From positions 5,084,001 through 5,148,000 of the forward strand of contig CM007991.1 of assembly GCA_002189035.1 (NCBI GenBank): a stretch of 64,000 nt of DNA, given 5' to 3'. Shown one piece after another: positions 13,435 to 25,846 of the stretch (within the stretch, counting starts at the first letter, position 1; each line of letters begins with the position of its first letter). The position numbers and the translations under genes were made by a program. The notes beneath the pieces were generated by a model. It made no database searches. It had not been told where the DNA came from and saw only the letters and a program-made list of their open reading frames with translations. This DNA comes from Utricularia gibba. Lineage: Eukaryota > Plantae > Magnoliophyta.

Positions 13435-13927
13435 TGTTGGTATTAGTGCATGTGTTCTAGAGACAATCAACTAGAACATAGATCTTATCTTTACAAGATA
13501 AGATCTTTACAAGATAAGATCTTTACAAGATAAGATCTTTACAAGATAAGATCTTTTACGGAGATTTGATTAGATATGTTATCAAATATTTATATAAGAT
13601 AATTAAAAAGATTTGATCCGCAGAGATTTTCATATCTTCATTCTCTCTAAGATTCATCTGTAAGGGGACGGTTTTCTCTACTAGCACCTGAGGAGATCGA
13701 CCAGCATTCTTTGGCCTTGAAAAGGTTATCCATGAAGTGCTTCACATGTGGATACCGTAGAAGCTGTTTCCTATTGGCAGTTGGTGAACAACGGAGTACA
13801 TTGAAAGGTATTGTCAATATCTCTTTATGTGACGTATACTGTATTCCAAGATCTGTGTGTAGGGTTTCTCAAAAAATTTTAAATTCCACTACACTGAGGA
13901 CATACGATGTCTACGAGAAACCTAACA
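13435..13927 (+). mobile_element. Short, internally deleted copia-type LTR (same family as 25847-27335 and 42915-44271)
   Basis: TGTTGGTATTAG...GAGAAACCTAACA termini. It shares TTTTCTCTACTAGCACCTGAG and CCAAGATCTGTGT with the two longer copies but lacks ~900 bp of their middle. Confidence 0.88.
13487..13556 (+). repeat. 16-bp tandem repeat (ATCTTTACAAGATAAG) x4 plus a partial copy
   Basis: Read directly from the sequence. Confidence 0.95.
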
Positions 13928-13929
13928 GT

Positions 13930-15265
13930 TGATAATGGAGATGTGTGATTTTGATTATAATTTTGTAAGTACATAAAAATCATTCAAATAATAAATAAAA
14001 TCTTCTCCATAGAGAATTGATTATTTTTGGATTTTCTAAAAACACATATAGAAAACAAATGACAACAAAACAAAAAATGACTTTCAATATTTGCTTGCCC
14101 ATGTGTGTGCATATTAGCCATAAGAACTGACTAGTTTTCCCATGTGTATGCATATAAGAATTGACTTGCTTGCCCATGTGTGCACATATAAAGCATAAGA
14201 ACTTACTCGCTTGCTCATGTGTGTAACCCTTATAGCATAGTTTCTCTTTTGGTGGGATTGTATAATCAACCATGCCACTAGAGCTGTTTTGACTCTTGTA
14301 ATAACTCGTAGTTTACCACATTTGCTCCTAACCCACACAACTCACACCCTCACAAAAAAATTAGGCCGAATGTGACATATCAACAATATCCTATTAAATC
14401 CTTCTTCTTATATACTTGACACAAATCCGAAATTCTCCCAGATTTTCTTAGGGTTTTATATTACTAAAGAGCATGTTGGCAAAAAAAAAATATTATAAAA
14501 AAACCAAACATCAAGTTAAATATCAATGAACATAGTCAAATAGTCACATGCATAGGGACTTGTGCATATAACGCTTCACTGCACATCCTCAATTGCAAGT
14601 CCTTACATGCACATGTTTAGTCCAATATAAAAATAAAAATGAAAATATGAAAAAATAAAAGAAAAAATCAATAATAGATGTCTCTAATATTTGAGAGAGT
14701 TGAGTATTTATTGGAGTAGAGATCTGAGTTTTATGTTGCACTTTCTTAATGGGCTTAGATAAGATTTTTTATCTAAATCTTTCAAGGTCATCTTATTTTT
14801 ATCTCATCCATGAATCTTGGAAGAAATTTTTATCTTTTGAAATGTCACAACCCACACTCTCTTTGCATGATGTTATCCATTTTTGGGCACTTAACCCTCA
14901 TGGTTTTATGTTCTGCCCTACTGAGGAAAAGGCCACGTGCAAGATTAGGAGAGTCCCTCAACTTATGCATGTCTCCTCCCTTACCGATAACCAATGTAGG
15001 ATACCATCACCAAGCCCTGGCCTAACATTTTGGACTTAGATTCATGTCCTCTCAAACCAACAAATTGTTGGGTCTTAATTTCTCCTCAAATCAACCCCAA
15101 AATGACCTAAAAATCAACAAAATGTACTTTTTCTACAAACAGATGAAATCAACAAAAAAGATGCAACATCAATAAAAAATAATGGGAAAGTGGAGTAAAG
15201 TAGGTAAAAAAAATCCCCAAAAGTGATACAAAGCATGTTTTGGAATGAAACAAAATCACTTATCA
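13930..15265 (-). mobile_element. Unpaired Athila-like LTR containing ~40-bp internal repeats at 14090-14225
   Basis: Minus strand starts TGATAAGTGATTTTG (15265), like the LTR at 5845, and ends ...CTCCATTATCA (13930). No TSD seen. Confidence 0.72.
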
Positions 15266-16049
15266 AGTTCAACAACCATCAAATTCTATCGGAGGTTCTT
15301 GTGTATGCACAAGATCAAGAAGAGTTGTGGCACCGTGCTAGATTATCATAAGATGAGTTCACAATGCCCACTTGTGGGGAAGAATCTTAGAGTTTTAGGA
15401 TGCTATGGAAAGTCAAGATAAAAATCTCTAGACGGAAGTTATTGAAGAAGAAATGAAGTCATTGAATTAGAATAAGACGTACCACTTAGTGAAGTTACTG
15501 GAAGTCATAAAGGCACTAAAGTGCAAGTTGGTTTTTAGAATAATTCATTTTATGAATATAAGCCTTGATGCATGGCTAGGCTAGTGATGAAAGGATTCAA
15601 CTAGCGAAAAGAAATCCATTATGATGAGATATTTGTACTAGTTGTGATGATGACATCTATCTAGATAGTGTTGTGGTTAGTAGCTAGTCTCAACATGAAA
15701 GTTGAGCAGATGAATGCCAAGATGATATTCCAATATGGAGATCTATAGGAATAGATCTATATGGAACAACAAAAAAGATTTTCAAAAGAGTGAAAAGAGA
15801 GAATGCTTGCAAGTTTCAACAAAAAATTAATTTTTTTAAAAACTTTTAGACAATAATACATGAAGTTTGACTCAGTCATGGAGAAGCATGACTTCAACAA
15901 GATGAGTATGTTTTTCAAAAGTTCACAAATTATGATTTTGTGACCTTGCTGTTCTATATAGATGATATAATTGTTGGTGAGAATATTTCAAGAATTGTGA
16001 ACTTGAATAATGGGTTGAATAAATATTTCTAGATGAGAGACTTAGGGCT

Positions 16050-19000
16050 GATAAAGTGGATTTGATGGATCCCTCTACATGTGTGTGGCCCACATATTAT
16101 GAGTCCTACACTACCCTAGAAGTAGGATCCCAGGCAAATCTGGATAATCCAATGATTTCTTTTTAGATGATGGGGCAGCGGTTCTCTATATGGATAAATG
16201 ACTTTATCCGCTTATTGGACTTCTACTTTGATGCATATATGCAAGACCACACCTATACAACTAGCATTTTCACACTCCCAAAACCCATACCATGTGAGGT
16301 TAATCTGATGTTTGAGGACTTAACAAGGGACTCTAGGCCCAAGAAAAACGCAAAAGGAAATTAGTTATAGAAACTAGCACTATAGTATATCCATGTCTTG
16401 ATGTCTCATGAGCTTTCCTATTGCAAGCGCAAGCTCAAGACATTTTTATGTTACATTGCATCAAACATGAATAGAGGGTAAATTTAGGCACCTTTCTAGT
16501 GAACCTACTGGCTCAAGCCCGCATACACCCCCTAGGTATGACTATGTTTTGGCCATGTAATCACCAAACTTGCACAAGGATTAGGGGCCTTCACCACCTC
16601 TGATGCAAAGTCCCTAATGATTTTGCCATCGATATCTATGTACGAAGCCTCCCTGATTAAATGTAGAAGGGTACAAGCCACTTGAACAAGAGAGTTACAA
16701 TTTTTTACGCTTGAAGGTTTCACTACACCTAATGTTTTGTTGGAACATCTGAATGCATTGGCACCTCAAGAAGTGGCAAATGTGTTGGGAGAGATAGTTG
16801 CTTCCCTCCAAATTATTTTTGGCCAATTGTGAAAATCTAGATCAGTGCCTATTAGCCTTGGAAGCACAGTTGTGCTCTACTCAGAGGTGTGTGCCTTTGG
16901 GGACCAAATGCAATGCAAGTATGGGGAGGGAAGCATCTAAGCATGTATGAGTTGTGCAGTTTGTGGCTTGTTATGCATTCCATGGTTGTGACCTTTTGTT
17001 TGTACCTTTACTACTATACTACAGTACATGAACTTGTCCTCCCCCCTCCCCCCGGATTTTATTTATTTGGTTGGACACAATACTATTTAATGGTATTATA
17101 ACTTTAAGATAATTGCTGCACATAAGAATTTTGGTCTACTTTCTGCTTATCTATCCTTTGCCATACTATTTTCTTGCCACTCCCTACACATGCTACACAA
17201 CCTAATTTTTCACTGAGAGGACTTTTTTCTTTACTTATTTTATGAGTGACATGACCATAGAACAAACAAAGACTTGTTCCTATGCATATTATAGACTAAT
17301 TCACCAGGTCTTGTGCAAGGGGATTGAGACAATAGAATTTGCTTTAATTTCTCCTAATATCCCACCTTGAAGTCGCTTAGTGAGCCCTGCTGCACCTAAA
17401 TCCTTTTTCTTTGGATCACCTCATCAGTAGCCTGATGCCTTATGAAGTTTATCTAGCATTGGATTTGGAGCCCCTTAGGACCACAAACTTAAAATTGTAG
17501 CTTGCAACCATATTGGTGGCCATTCCGAAGGGTATTGTGAAAGATGTTCTTGTTAGAGTCTCAAATACTTGCTATCCTTATGACTTTATTGTTGTGAAAA
17601 TGCCACCAACTAGAGTGCACCCAACTAGAGTGAATGATAATATTTTGATTTTGGGACATTGTTCTCTAGCTACTGAAAATGCTTAGATTGATTGTAGGAA
17701 AGGAGCTATAACAATTGATTTTGCTGATGATATTTCTATTTTTAAGACAAATGAAGCTGAAAAATTCCCAAATGATTTTGCACCTATGACTAGAGTTGAT
17801 ATTGTTGATGAGCTGGTGGAGGAAGTTTTTGATGAGGCACAGTGTGAACCTTGGAAATCTTTAGACAAGAAATTGAGCTTGAAGAGGAGGAAGTTGAACA
17901 GTTAATTTTGGAATGCTTTGTTAAGATAAGGATTTGGAAAAACTTGGTGAAGTGACTAGTGTTGAACCACTAGAATTGAAACTCTTGTTTCACATTTGAA
18001 ATATGCGTTTATTGGGTGAGAATTCAAAGCTGGTTTATCAGTGCAGATTTTTTCTTGTGAAGAAGAGATGAAGCTAATGAACGTTCTGAAAGCCAACAGA
18101 AAAGCCATCAGTTGCCATTAGATGACATAGCCAAAATCAGTACATATGTTACAATCGTAGGATTTATCTTGACAATGGAGTAAAATTGGTTGGACAATCT
18201 CAAAGAGGGCATAATTCTATCCTCATGGAGGTAGTGAAGAAAGAAATATAGAAGCTTTTGAAGGCTGGAGTCATTTACTAGATTTTTGATAGCACGTAGG
18301 TAAGTCCTATCCATGCAGTCTCTAAAAATAACAGGAATTACAATTGCTGAAGATGCTGATGGGAAGAAGGTGGCAACATGATGGGTATTCAAGGTATAAC
18401 CAGGTTGTTGTGGCATCATATGATCAAGAAAAGACGACTTTTATCAGCCTCTTTGGGACATATGCATACAAGAAAATGTCATTTGGACTATGCAACGCTC
18501 CTGCGAAGTTTCAAAGGCGTGTCACTAATATTTTTTGGATTATATTGATGATTTCATAGAAGTGTTTATGGATGACTTTACTTTGCATGGTTTAAGTTTT
18601 GATGATTTTTTGAACCATGAACTTTTTTTGAAACTTTGTGTTGAAAAGAATTCAATTTAACACTCTCAAAAAGCCATTTTAATAGCCACTATCATTCAAG
18701 CTCCAATTATGAAGTAGGCGCTATGTTGGGCTAGAAGCTTGATGGAAAAGATAAAGTTATTAGCTATGCCTTCAAAACTCTAGATAGTGCTCAAGTGAAC
18801 TACACTATGACTAAGGAGATTTCAGCTATCTTGTTTGCATTGGAAACGTTCAGAAGCTATTTGTTGGGAAATAAGATGATTGTGCACATAGATCATGCGT
18901 CCATCAAACACCTCGTGTCTAAGAAGGAATCCAAACCGAGGCTTATGAGCTGGGTCTTATTGTTGCAAGAGTTCAATGTGGAAATCAAGGATAAACCTAA

Positions 19001-20800
19001 GCACCTCAATCAAGTCGTAGATCATCTTAGAAAAATTGAGTAGCCCCTAGATGGTGTACAAATTGTTGAAGAATTTTCAGATGAACAACCTTGTGCAATT
19101 CAGGCTAATGCAAGCAAGAGCAGTGAACCATGGTACGTAGACATCATCAACTATCTATACACTGGAGAGATGACATTGGACTTAGAGAGCTATGAGAAGT
19201 TGAAGCAGAAGTTAAAAAGTGATAGTAAGCATTATTTTTGGGATGACTCCTATCTGTGGAAAAATTGTGCTGAGGTGTAGTGCTACGATGCTTGGTTGAA
19301 GATGAAATTCACCAAGTGCTAACATTCTATCATGCGTCTCCTTGTGAACGGCACTATGGTTCTAAATATACACTCAAGAAGGTGCTGGATTGCAGCTATT
19401 ATTGGCCAACAATCTTCAAGATGCTAAGTCTTACTGTAAGAGCTACGAAATCTGCCAAAGAACAGGGAACATCTCAAACTGCCATGAAATGCCAATGCAG
19501 CTAATTGTTTTTCCTGAAGTGTTGAATGTGTGGGGCATATACTTCATGGGACTCTTTCCAAAATATGATGGCTATGAGTACATCTTGGTAGTAGTAGATT
19601 ACATTTCAAAGTGGATAGAGGCTATCCCCACCAAGTCCCAACACACTCATTTAATCATTTGCTTTATGAAGAATAATATTTTTGTGAGGTTTGGAACACC
19701 CAAAGCCTTGATCAATGATTGTGGGAGATTGTTGAAAGGTTTGGAGTTTAGATAGATCTTCTAACTCTTATCACCCTCAGACCAATGGGCAAGCAGAAGT
19801 CTCTAACTGGGATATCAAGCAAATTTTGGAGAAAAGTATAACTTTCTCTCACAAGGATTGTAGCTCCATGCTGAATGGCACCTTGTAGGCAATTCGTAGA
19901 GCCTTCAAAACGCCAATTGGTATGTCTCGCTTTCGACTTGTATATGATAATTATTGCCATTTGATCATTGGATTAGAGCATAAGGCTAGATGAGCGATTC
20001 AGAGATTGAACTTGGAGATCCAAGGCAATGGTTATCTAAGAAAGCTCCAACTTTCAAAGATTGATGAATCAAGAAATGAGGCCTACATGCATTCTAAGAT
20101 CTTCAAGGAATGCACAAAGTAATTCCACGACCGTCAAATCTTGCGAAAGCACTATGAGCCTAGGCAAAAGGTATTGATGTTACAATCAAAACTCAAACTT
20201 CACCTAGGTAAACTAAAATCTCGTTGTAAGTGACCTTTTGTGATTAAAAGTGTGAATTCTAGCATTTCCATTGACATGTTTAACTCATTCATTGTGAACG
20301 GTCACCAATTGAAAGTTTTTCAAGAATTGATGACCAATGAAGTTGCACATGCTGTGGATGTTGTGGCATTCACAGAAATTCTTCTATAAGTGACTTTGCA
20401 GTTAAGTTTTACCCTAAGGCTTTTTCTAGGGTCCTCATTGGGAGATAACTAGACTTTATTTTCTTTATTTTACTTCTACACTTTTATTTCATTTCTATAG
20501 TTTATGTTCATGTGCTTAATTCTCTACACGGTTGCAGTTGTTGTTTTCTCTACCTCGTATGCACGTGTTGGGTTTCTTTGAAAACTGTCCTCTATCCCGT
20601 GTTGTTACATTTTTCTCTATTATTTTTTTCAACTGCACACATGCCTAGTGTCTTCATTCTCAAAAGGGTAGGAAACTCTTTTCTCTACAACTTCTTTACC
20701 CTTTGTGCCTCTTCATTTCCCATTCTTTCATCCTTTCACAAAACTGTTGTGTCCTCCCATCATGAGTCAAGAGAAATTTTTGTAGATCATTATAATAATA
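16050..20800 (+). mobile_element. Heavily deleted Athila-type gypsy element (probable LTR/UTR followed by pol relic at ~17480-20390)
   Basis: PKGIVKDVLVRV (protease region), YAYKKMSFGLCNAPAKFQR (RT), [22 protein letters not shown] (RNase H), HASPCERHY and DGYEYILVVVDYISKWIEAIPT (integrase). Many stops and frameshifts. Confidence 0.85.
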
Positions 20801-20814
20801 AAAGAAATTGGTTA

Positions 20815-21240
20815 TGATAACACTGTTTTTATTATATTTTTATATGCTTTTTTAGGTGTATTTTATAGGACAAAATGTTATTTCACATGCATAATTGTCT
20901 TATTTTGTGCATTTAGACGATAAGAATATATTTGTTGGGAAAATAGGCTCAATTATAAACCATTAAGCTGAAATTTCTAATGTTTCTTTCCAATATGTTT
21001 CTAAATCTTAACAGGGTAATAGTTAGTACTTGGAGTGCACTTTCTACATTCACAAGTCAAAAGGGGATAGAAAAGTTTTGAAAAAATGGCTTTTAGGCAA
21101 AAGTAACTGCCCTCTAAAAAGATAATATTTGAAGTAGAGATTTTCCTTCTAGAATAGCAAGAAATAGATGGAGATGTCCTTCCTTTTAGTGGGAAAAGAA
21201 AAGAGGAAAGAGGAGAGAGAAGGGAGAAAATAGGAGAAGG
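20815..21240 (+). repeat. 5' fragment of an LTR of the 35079-36245 family
   Basis: Starts TGATAACAC like 35079 and aligns by eye with 35079-35490 (AATAGGCT..., AGATGGAGAT..., GA-rich tract). Confidence 0.7.
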
Positions 21241-21392
21241 GATTCTCCTTGCTTTACGCTTCTCCTATTCGCTCCCTTCTCTCTGCTCTTTCCTTTTTTC
21301 TTTTCCCACTCACAGGAAGGACATCTCCATCTATTTGCTGCTATTCTAGAAGGAAAATCTCTGCTGCAAATATTTTTTTTAGAGGGCGGTTA
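21104..21392. repeat. Long inverted repeat (foldback), arms ~135 bp (21104-21239 and 21259-21392), 19-nt loop
   Basis: AGAGATTTTCCTTCTAGAATAGC...AATAGGAGAAG is followed by its near-perfect reverse complement CTTCTCCTATT...GCTATTCTAGAAGGAAAATCTCT. Confidence 0.93.
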
Positions 21393-21612
21393 TTGACGAC
21401 AATCCTCTTGTCCTCTCAATCCTCCACGGAGGAATCACATGAGATTATTCTTGTGCCTCCTTGACAATCATGGTGTAAGCGAGAATGAACTTTTCCTTGC
21501 AATTAGAACCAATTACTCGAAAGGAATCAGTGAAAGTCGACGTGAAGATAGATAAAAGGAGAAAATGGAATCCATTTACTTGGAATTGCTTCCTTTAGTC
21601 AAGGTGTATTAC
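21385..21612 (+). repeat. Left part of an Athila LTR (33050-34297 family) cut by a hAT insertion; ends in TSD TGTATTAC (21605-21612)
   Basis: Colinear with 33885-34105 (GACAATCCTCTTGTCCTCTCAATC, GGAGGAATCACATGA). The continuation is at 44833-44643 on the minus strand. Confidence 0.88.
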
Positions 21613-22635
21613 TAGAGGTGGGTTCGGTTCGGAACCGTTCGGTTTTGGTTCCGAACCGAACGGTTCCAAAACCGCGGTTCGCCATGGGCAACGGTTCTGG
21701 TTTCGGTTCGGAATCGTATCCGGAAGGCTTGAACCGAACCGAAACCGAGATTTAAGAAACCGAACCGTAACCGAAACCGCGGTTACTGTTCGTAGGTACT
21801 TTCCAAGCACCCATATGAATCCTTATGGGTGTGTGGAAGTGAAATTTTTAATAAATATTAAATATTTAAACAATTGATTTTTATTTTAAATAAAATTAAT
21901 ATATATATATGAAAAATTATTTTTTTCAACTATATTTCTAATAAATTATTTTTAGTTTAAATCTTTAATATTTCTGAGAAAATATTTTTTTATTATTAAA
22001 AAGTGAATACATTTAAATAATTTACTCTTACAGTTTCACATAAAAATGAAACATAACAATGTTATATTAACATCATCTGTAAAATAAGTAATTTGGTGAG
22101 AGTTTAATATAATAATATGAAATAAATAAATTTGGTATAAGTTCAATATATAATAAATAATTTGGTATATGTTCAATATATAATATAATATGAAATGAGT
22201 TAATTTCACTAAAAATTAATAAATATTGTTATCGTCCATTTTGTAATTCGTATGATTGTTTTTTATGTTCAATTTTATAATTAATAGAAAAAACATGATT
22301 CAGTTATTAAAAATTTGAAGCGATATTACGTATTAGAAGATTTCGTAGGACGTATAAAAAAATGATACAAAATAATTTTCTAGTAACGGTACCTACTAAA
22401 TAAGTACTTTGGTAGGAGCCAGCAATAATAATACAAAATAATTCAATTTTACTGGAAAAAACAAATATTGTTGTTATCTCTTTTGTAATTTGTATGTTTG
22501 CTTTTATGTTTAATTTTATAATTTTCGTAAAAAATCTCAATTAGTTATTAGAAAAATAAGCGACATTTCCGAAATAATTAGATTGTCACGATTGAAATAT
22601 AATACTACAAAATAAGTCAAATCTTTTGAAAAAAA
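21613..22635. mobile_element. One terminus (~1 kb) of a hAT DNA transposon, truncated internally
   Basis: TIR TAGAGGTGGGTTCGGTTC followed by dense AACCG/CGGTT subterminal motifs (21613-21800). The motif CCAAGCACCCATAT is shared with the repeats near 49275. No closing TIR nearby, and the right boundary is approximate. Confidence 0.85.
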
Positions 22636-23168
22636 AGGATGTCCTCATCATCAAGCATGGTGGAGGGTACCTTAGTGATGGTGCGGCCTTGAGGTGAGCA
22701 AGGTTTCTACAATCCACAAATCCACCTCAAAGGTAATATTATCGTACTCACCGTCCCCTTCCTCAGAGAGTGAGCGTCTGCGTTCAGCGGCTGGTGGGCT
22801 GGATGCCTCTTCCACTTTCGTTTCCTCTTCTTCCTCCTCCAAGTCGTCCAGTCAAAAATCTTCATTGGAGCTATCGGTATGGGCCGTGGTTGCAACAGCA
22901 TCTTGCTCCGGTGTGTCATCTACAACTGGGTTAGGTGTAGCTTCTCTCTTCGGGGTTGCTGCTTGCATTTCCTAGGCTGCCAAAGGTTCCTCATGTTTCC
23001 ATGGGAGGTACAAAACAGGAGGAAGTTCGGCTAAAGGGATTGGGGAGAATAGTAGAGAAATCTCCTAGGATGAAGTTTCCAATGGGGGCATAGACTGATG
23101 TTTGTGAGGTCTCGATGAGGGTGAAGCCAAACGCGGTGGGTTCCTCCATGCGTCGCACAGTAGTGGTG

Positions 23169-24305
23169 GAAAAGATTCATATTGTGCTACAAAAATTTAG
23201 TTTTACTACCTAGCTTTATATTTTTGCGCATAAGTACCGGAATTGTGTTATTTTAGTCTTAGTTGGGACTAAATCTACGATTTAGTCTTAACCTTCTAAT
23301 AGTTTTACTCGAGCAATGCAGTGCAGGTCGCAATACGAATCCCAAGGAGCCAAATATGCACAGTGTAGTGGCAGAAGATGAGTCCAAAAGTCTGAAAAGT
23401 GGTACACACAAAATCCAAAGAGGAAAAAGGGAGATTTTGGACAAAAAGGGAGGAAAGATGAGAGAGAAGGCAGATCTCCCCTTGGAGACTCACGAACAAG
23501 TTTCTGGGGATTTATCTGGAGAAAGAAGGAGGGGATGACGAACCAAAAGAACACAGCTTCTCTTGAGAAATTATTTTCATTCTTCATGTTTACTGTTCCT
23601 AGCTAAGACTAGATTTGGATTTCCTGTGTGAACGAAGTGTCTGTCCTACTTTTGCTTCATATTGCTCGTTGTTGTTTAGCATTTGTAGCCAAGATGTTGC
23701 TTAGTATCTATGATGAAGATGTTTTACTTTCCATTACCATGAGTAGCTAAGCACTTAGAGGGGGGTGCCTTGGGGTGAAGAGGAGAGAAATATGCTAATC
23801 CATACTTAAACCTAATAAATCACGAGTCACACTACTTCCTTAACAAACAAAGATAGATCCAGGAGGGGGAGGTAGTGAAACCCAATTTAACAACCCTAAT
23901 TAGAGGTAGACCAAAGATTAGGGGGAAAAACAAGAATCCGGGTAGACCTAGATCTTGTGAGTTAGTTGTATGATTTTTTATTTATGTGAGCTTGTTTAGT
24001 GATAGGCATACATTCCCTAGGAGTCCCAAGGCATCACCCATTCCATCCCAGAAACTATCGAAGCCCAAAACTTGTTACTTTTCCTTACTGCATTCTATCG
24101 TAGTTCTGTTTTATTTCTAGCTAAGACCAATTTTACCAACATGACACTGATTACATGCATTAACACTCACATAGCAAGCACCTGCTCTTCGTGTTCGACC
24201 CTAATCACTATGCTCATAATTGTTTTATGCTTGAAGGTGTATTAGTTTATAAATTTATTTGATAGGAATATTTACATTTACGACGTGTAAATTTTTCGTT
24301 TATCA
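23169..24305 (+). mobile_element. Solo LTR (Athila-like)
   Basis: Ends AAATTTTTCGTTTATCA and is flanked on both sides by TGGTG (23164-23168 and 24306-24310). The 5' TG appears eroded. Host sequence is continuous across it. Confidence 0.75.
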
Positions 24306-25846
24306 TGGTGGAAGTAGTGGTGTGAATGGGGAAATGGGTAGTTATGGTGAGAGAAGGGTTCTAAGGAGGATACTCATGGAGGGAAAGGAAAGCAAAATAA
24401 TCAATGTCTCTCGGTAGTGGTGTGTGGGATAGCGTGTAATCCCAATAGAATCCTCGAGAACCTGCAACGTCAGAAAAAAGTAAAAGAGGAAAGAGAAAAT
24501 TAACTCACGAGTTGCCTCCCGTGCAGCGCCAATTTAAAATCGTTGGCCGACTTGGTACGCTACTGATGGTCCTTGAACAAGAACAAACAGCAAGCTGTTT
24601 GCAGGTAAAAGTTCTCATAATATCGTTTCAACCTATGGCCATTGATCTTGAAACATTTCCCTATCTCATAAGAACGTTTAACAACGACACCATAACGGAA
24701 AACATATGAAATTTCATAAGGTCCTTGCCATTTAGATCTTAGTTTTCCAGGAAAAAAATTCAAAGTGGTATCATATAAAAGAACTTTCTGACCAACTCGA
24801 AATTTCTTTTCATGCAACTTACTGTCATGGAAGTGCTTTACCTTCTCCTTGTACATCAAGTGAATGGAGTAGGCGTTCAAGCGAATTTTCTCTAATTCGT
24901 TCAGGTCCAGTAGTCTCTTTTCTCCAGCTTGATCACTAACCATATTGCAAGCTTTGATGGCCCCATACACTCTGTGATGAATCTCCACTGGAAGGTGGCA
25001 AGACTTGCCATAGGTCATGTGAAAGGGAGACATTCCAATGGCATTTTTATAAGTTTTGCGGTAGGCCCTCAACGCATCATTCAACCTGAGATTCTAGTCT
25101 CTTCTGATCGGATTCACTATTCATTCCAGGATGCATTTGATCTCCCAATGTGAGTTTTCAGCCTTCCCATTAGTTTGAGGATGCCTAGCTGTAGAAAGAC
25201 TATGATGAACTCCAAATTTCGTTAGCATGGCCCTTATGACATTGTTAACGAAGTGGGTACCTCTATAAGAAATGAGAATCTTAGGATAGCCAAACCTAGG
25301 AAAAATGTGAGAAGTCAAGAAATATTTTACAGTCCTTGCATCATCTTTCTCACATGCCATTACTTCGACCCACTGATAGACGTATTCAACAACAAGAAGG
25401 ATATAGATTTTTCCTTTTGATGAAGGGAATGGTCCCATGAACTCAATACCCCAAGCATAAAAAATTTTGCACATCACGATGGGCTGAAGTGGCATTTGGT
25501 CCCTAAAGCCGATGCCTCCACCTCTTTTGCAATTAGGGCATGCCTTGCAATGAAGGTATGCATCTCGTAAAAGATTAGGCCAATAGAAGCCAGCTTCCAA
25601 GACCTTGTTAGGTGTGACCTTTGGACCAAAATGACCCCCACAAGGTAGTTCATGGCAATGAGTAAGAATTGAATTCACTTCACCTTGAGGGATGCACCAA
25701 CGAAGGATTTGATTAGGTCTAATCTTCCATAGGTATGGGTCATCCCAAATGTAGTGCATGCTATCACTCCGCAACTTCTCTTTTATACTGGATGTCCTCT
25801 AGAAAATATCCTGTTACAAGAAAATTCACAATGTCTGCGTATCAGG

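Larger units (their letters stand above)
11780..16050 (+). mobile_element. Degenerate Ty1/copia element (gag, GAG-pre-integrase, RT), interrupted by two LTRs at 13435-15265
   Basis: gag-like L*SKLENLYASKT (~11935), pre-integrase-like VWHRSLCNMGEK (~12730) and RVT_2-like EEEMKSL...ARLVMKGFN...YDEIF...IYMEQ (15450-15780). Many stops. Confidence 0.75.
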
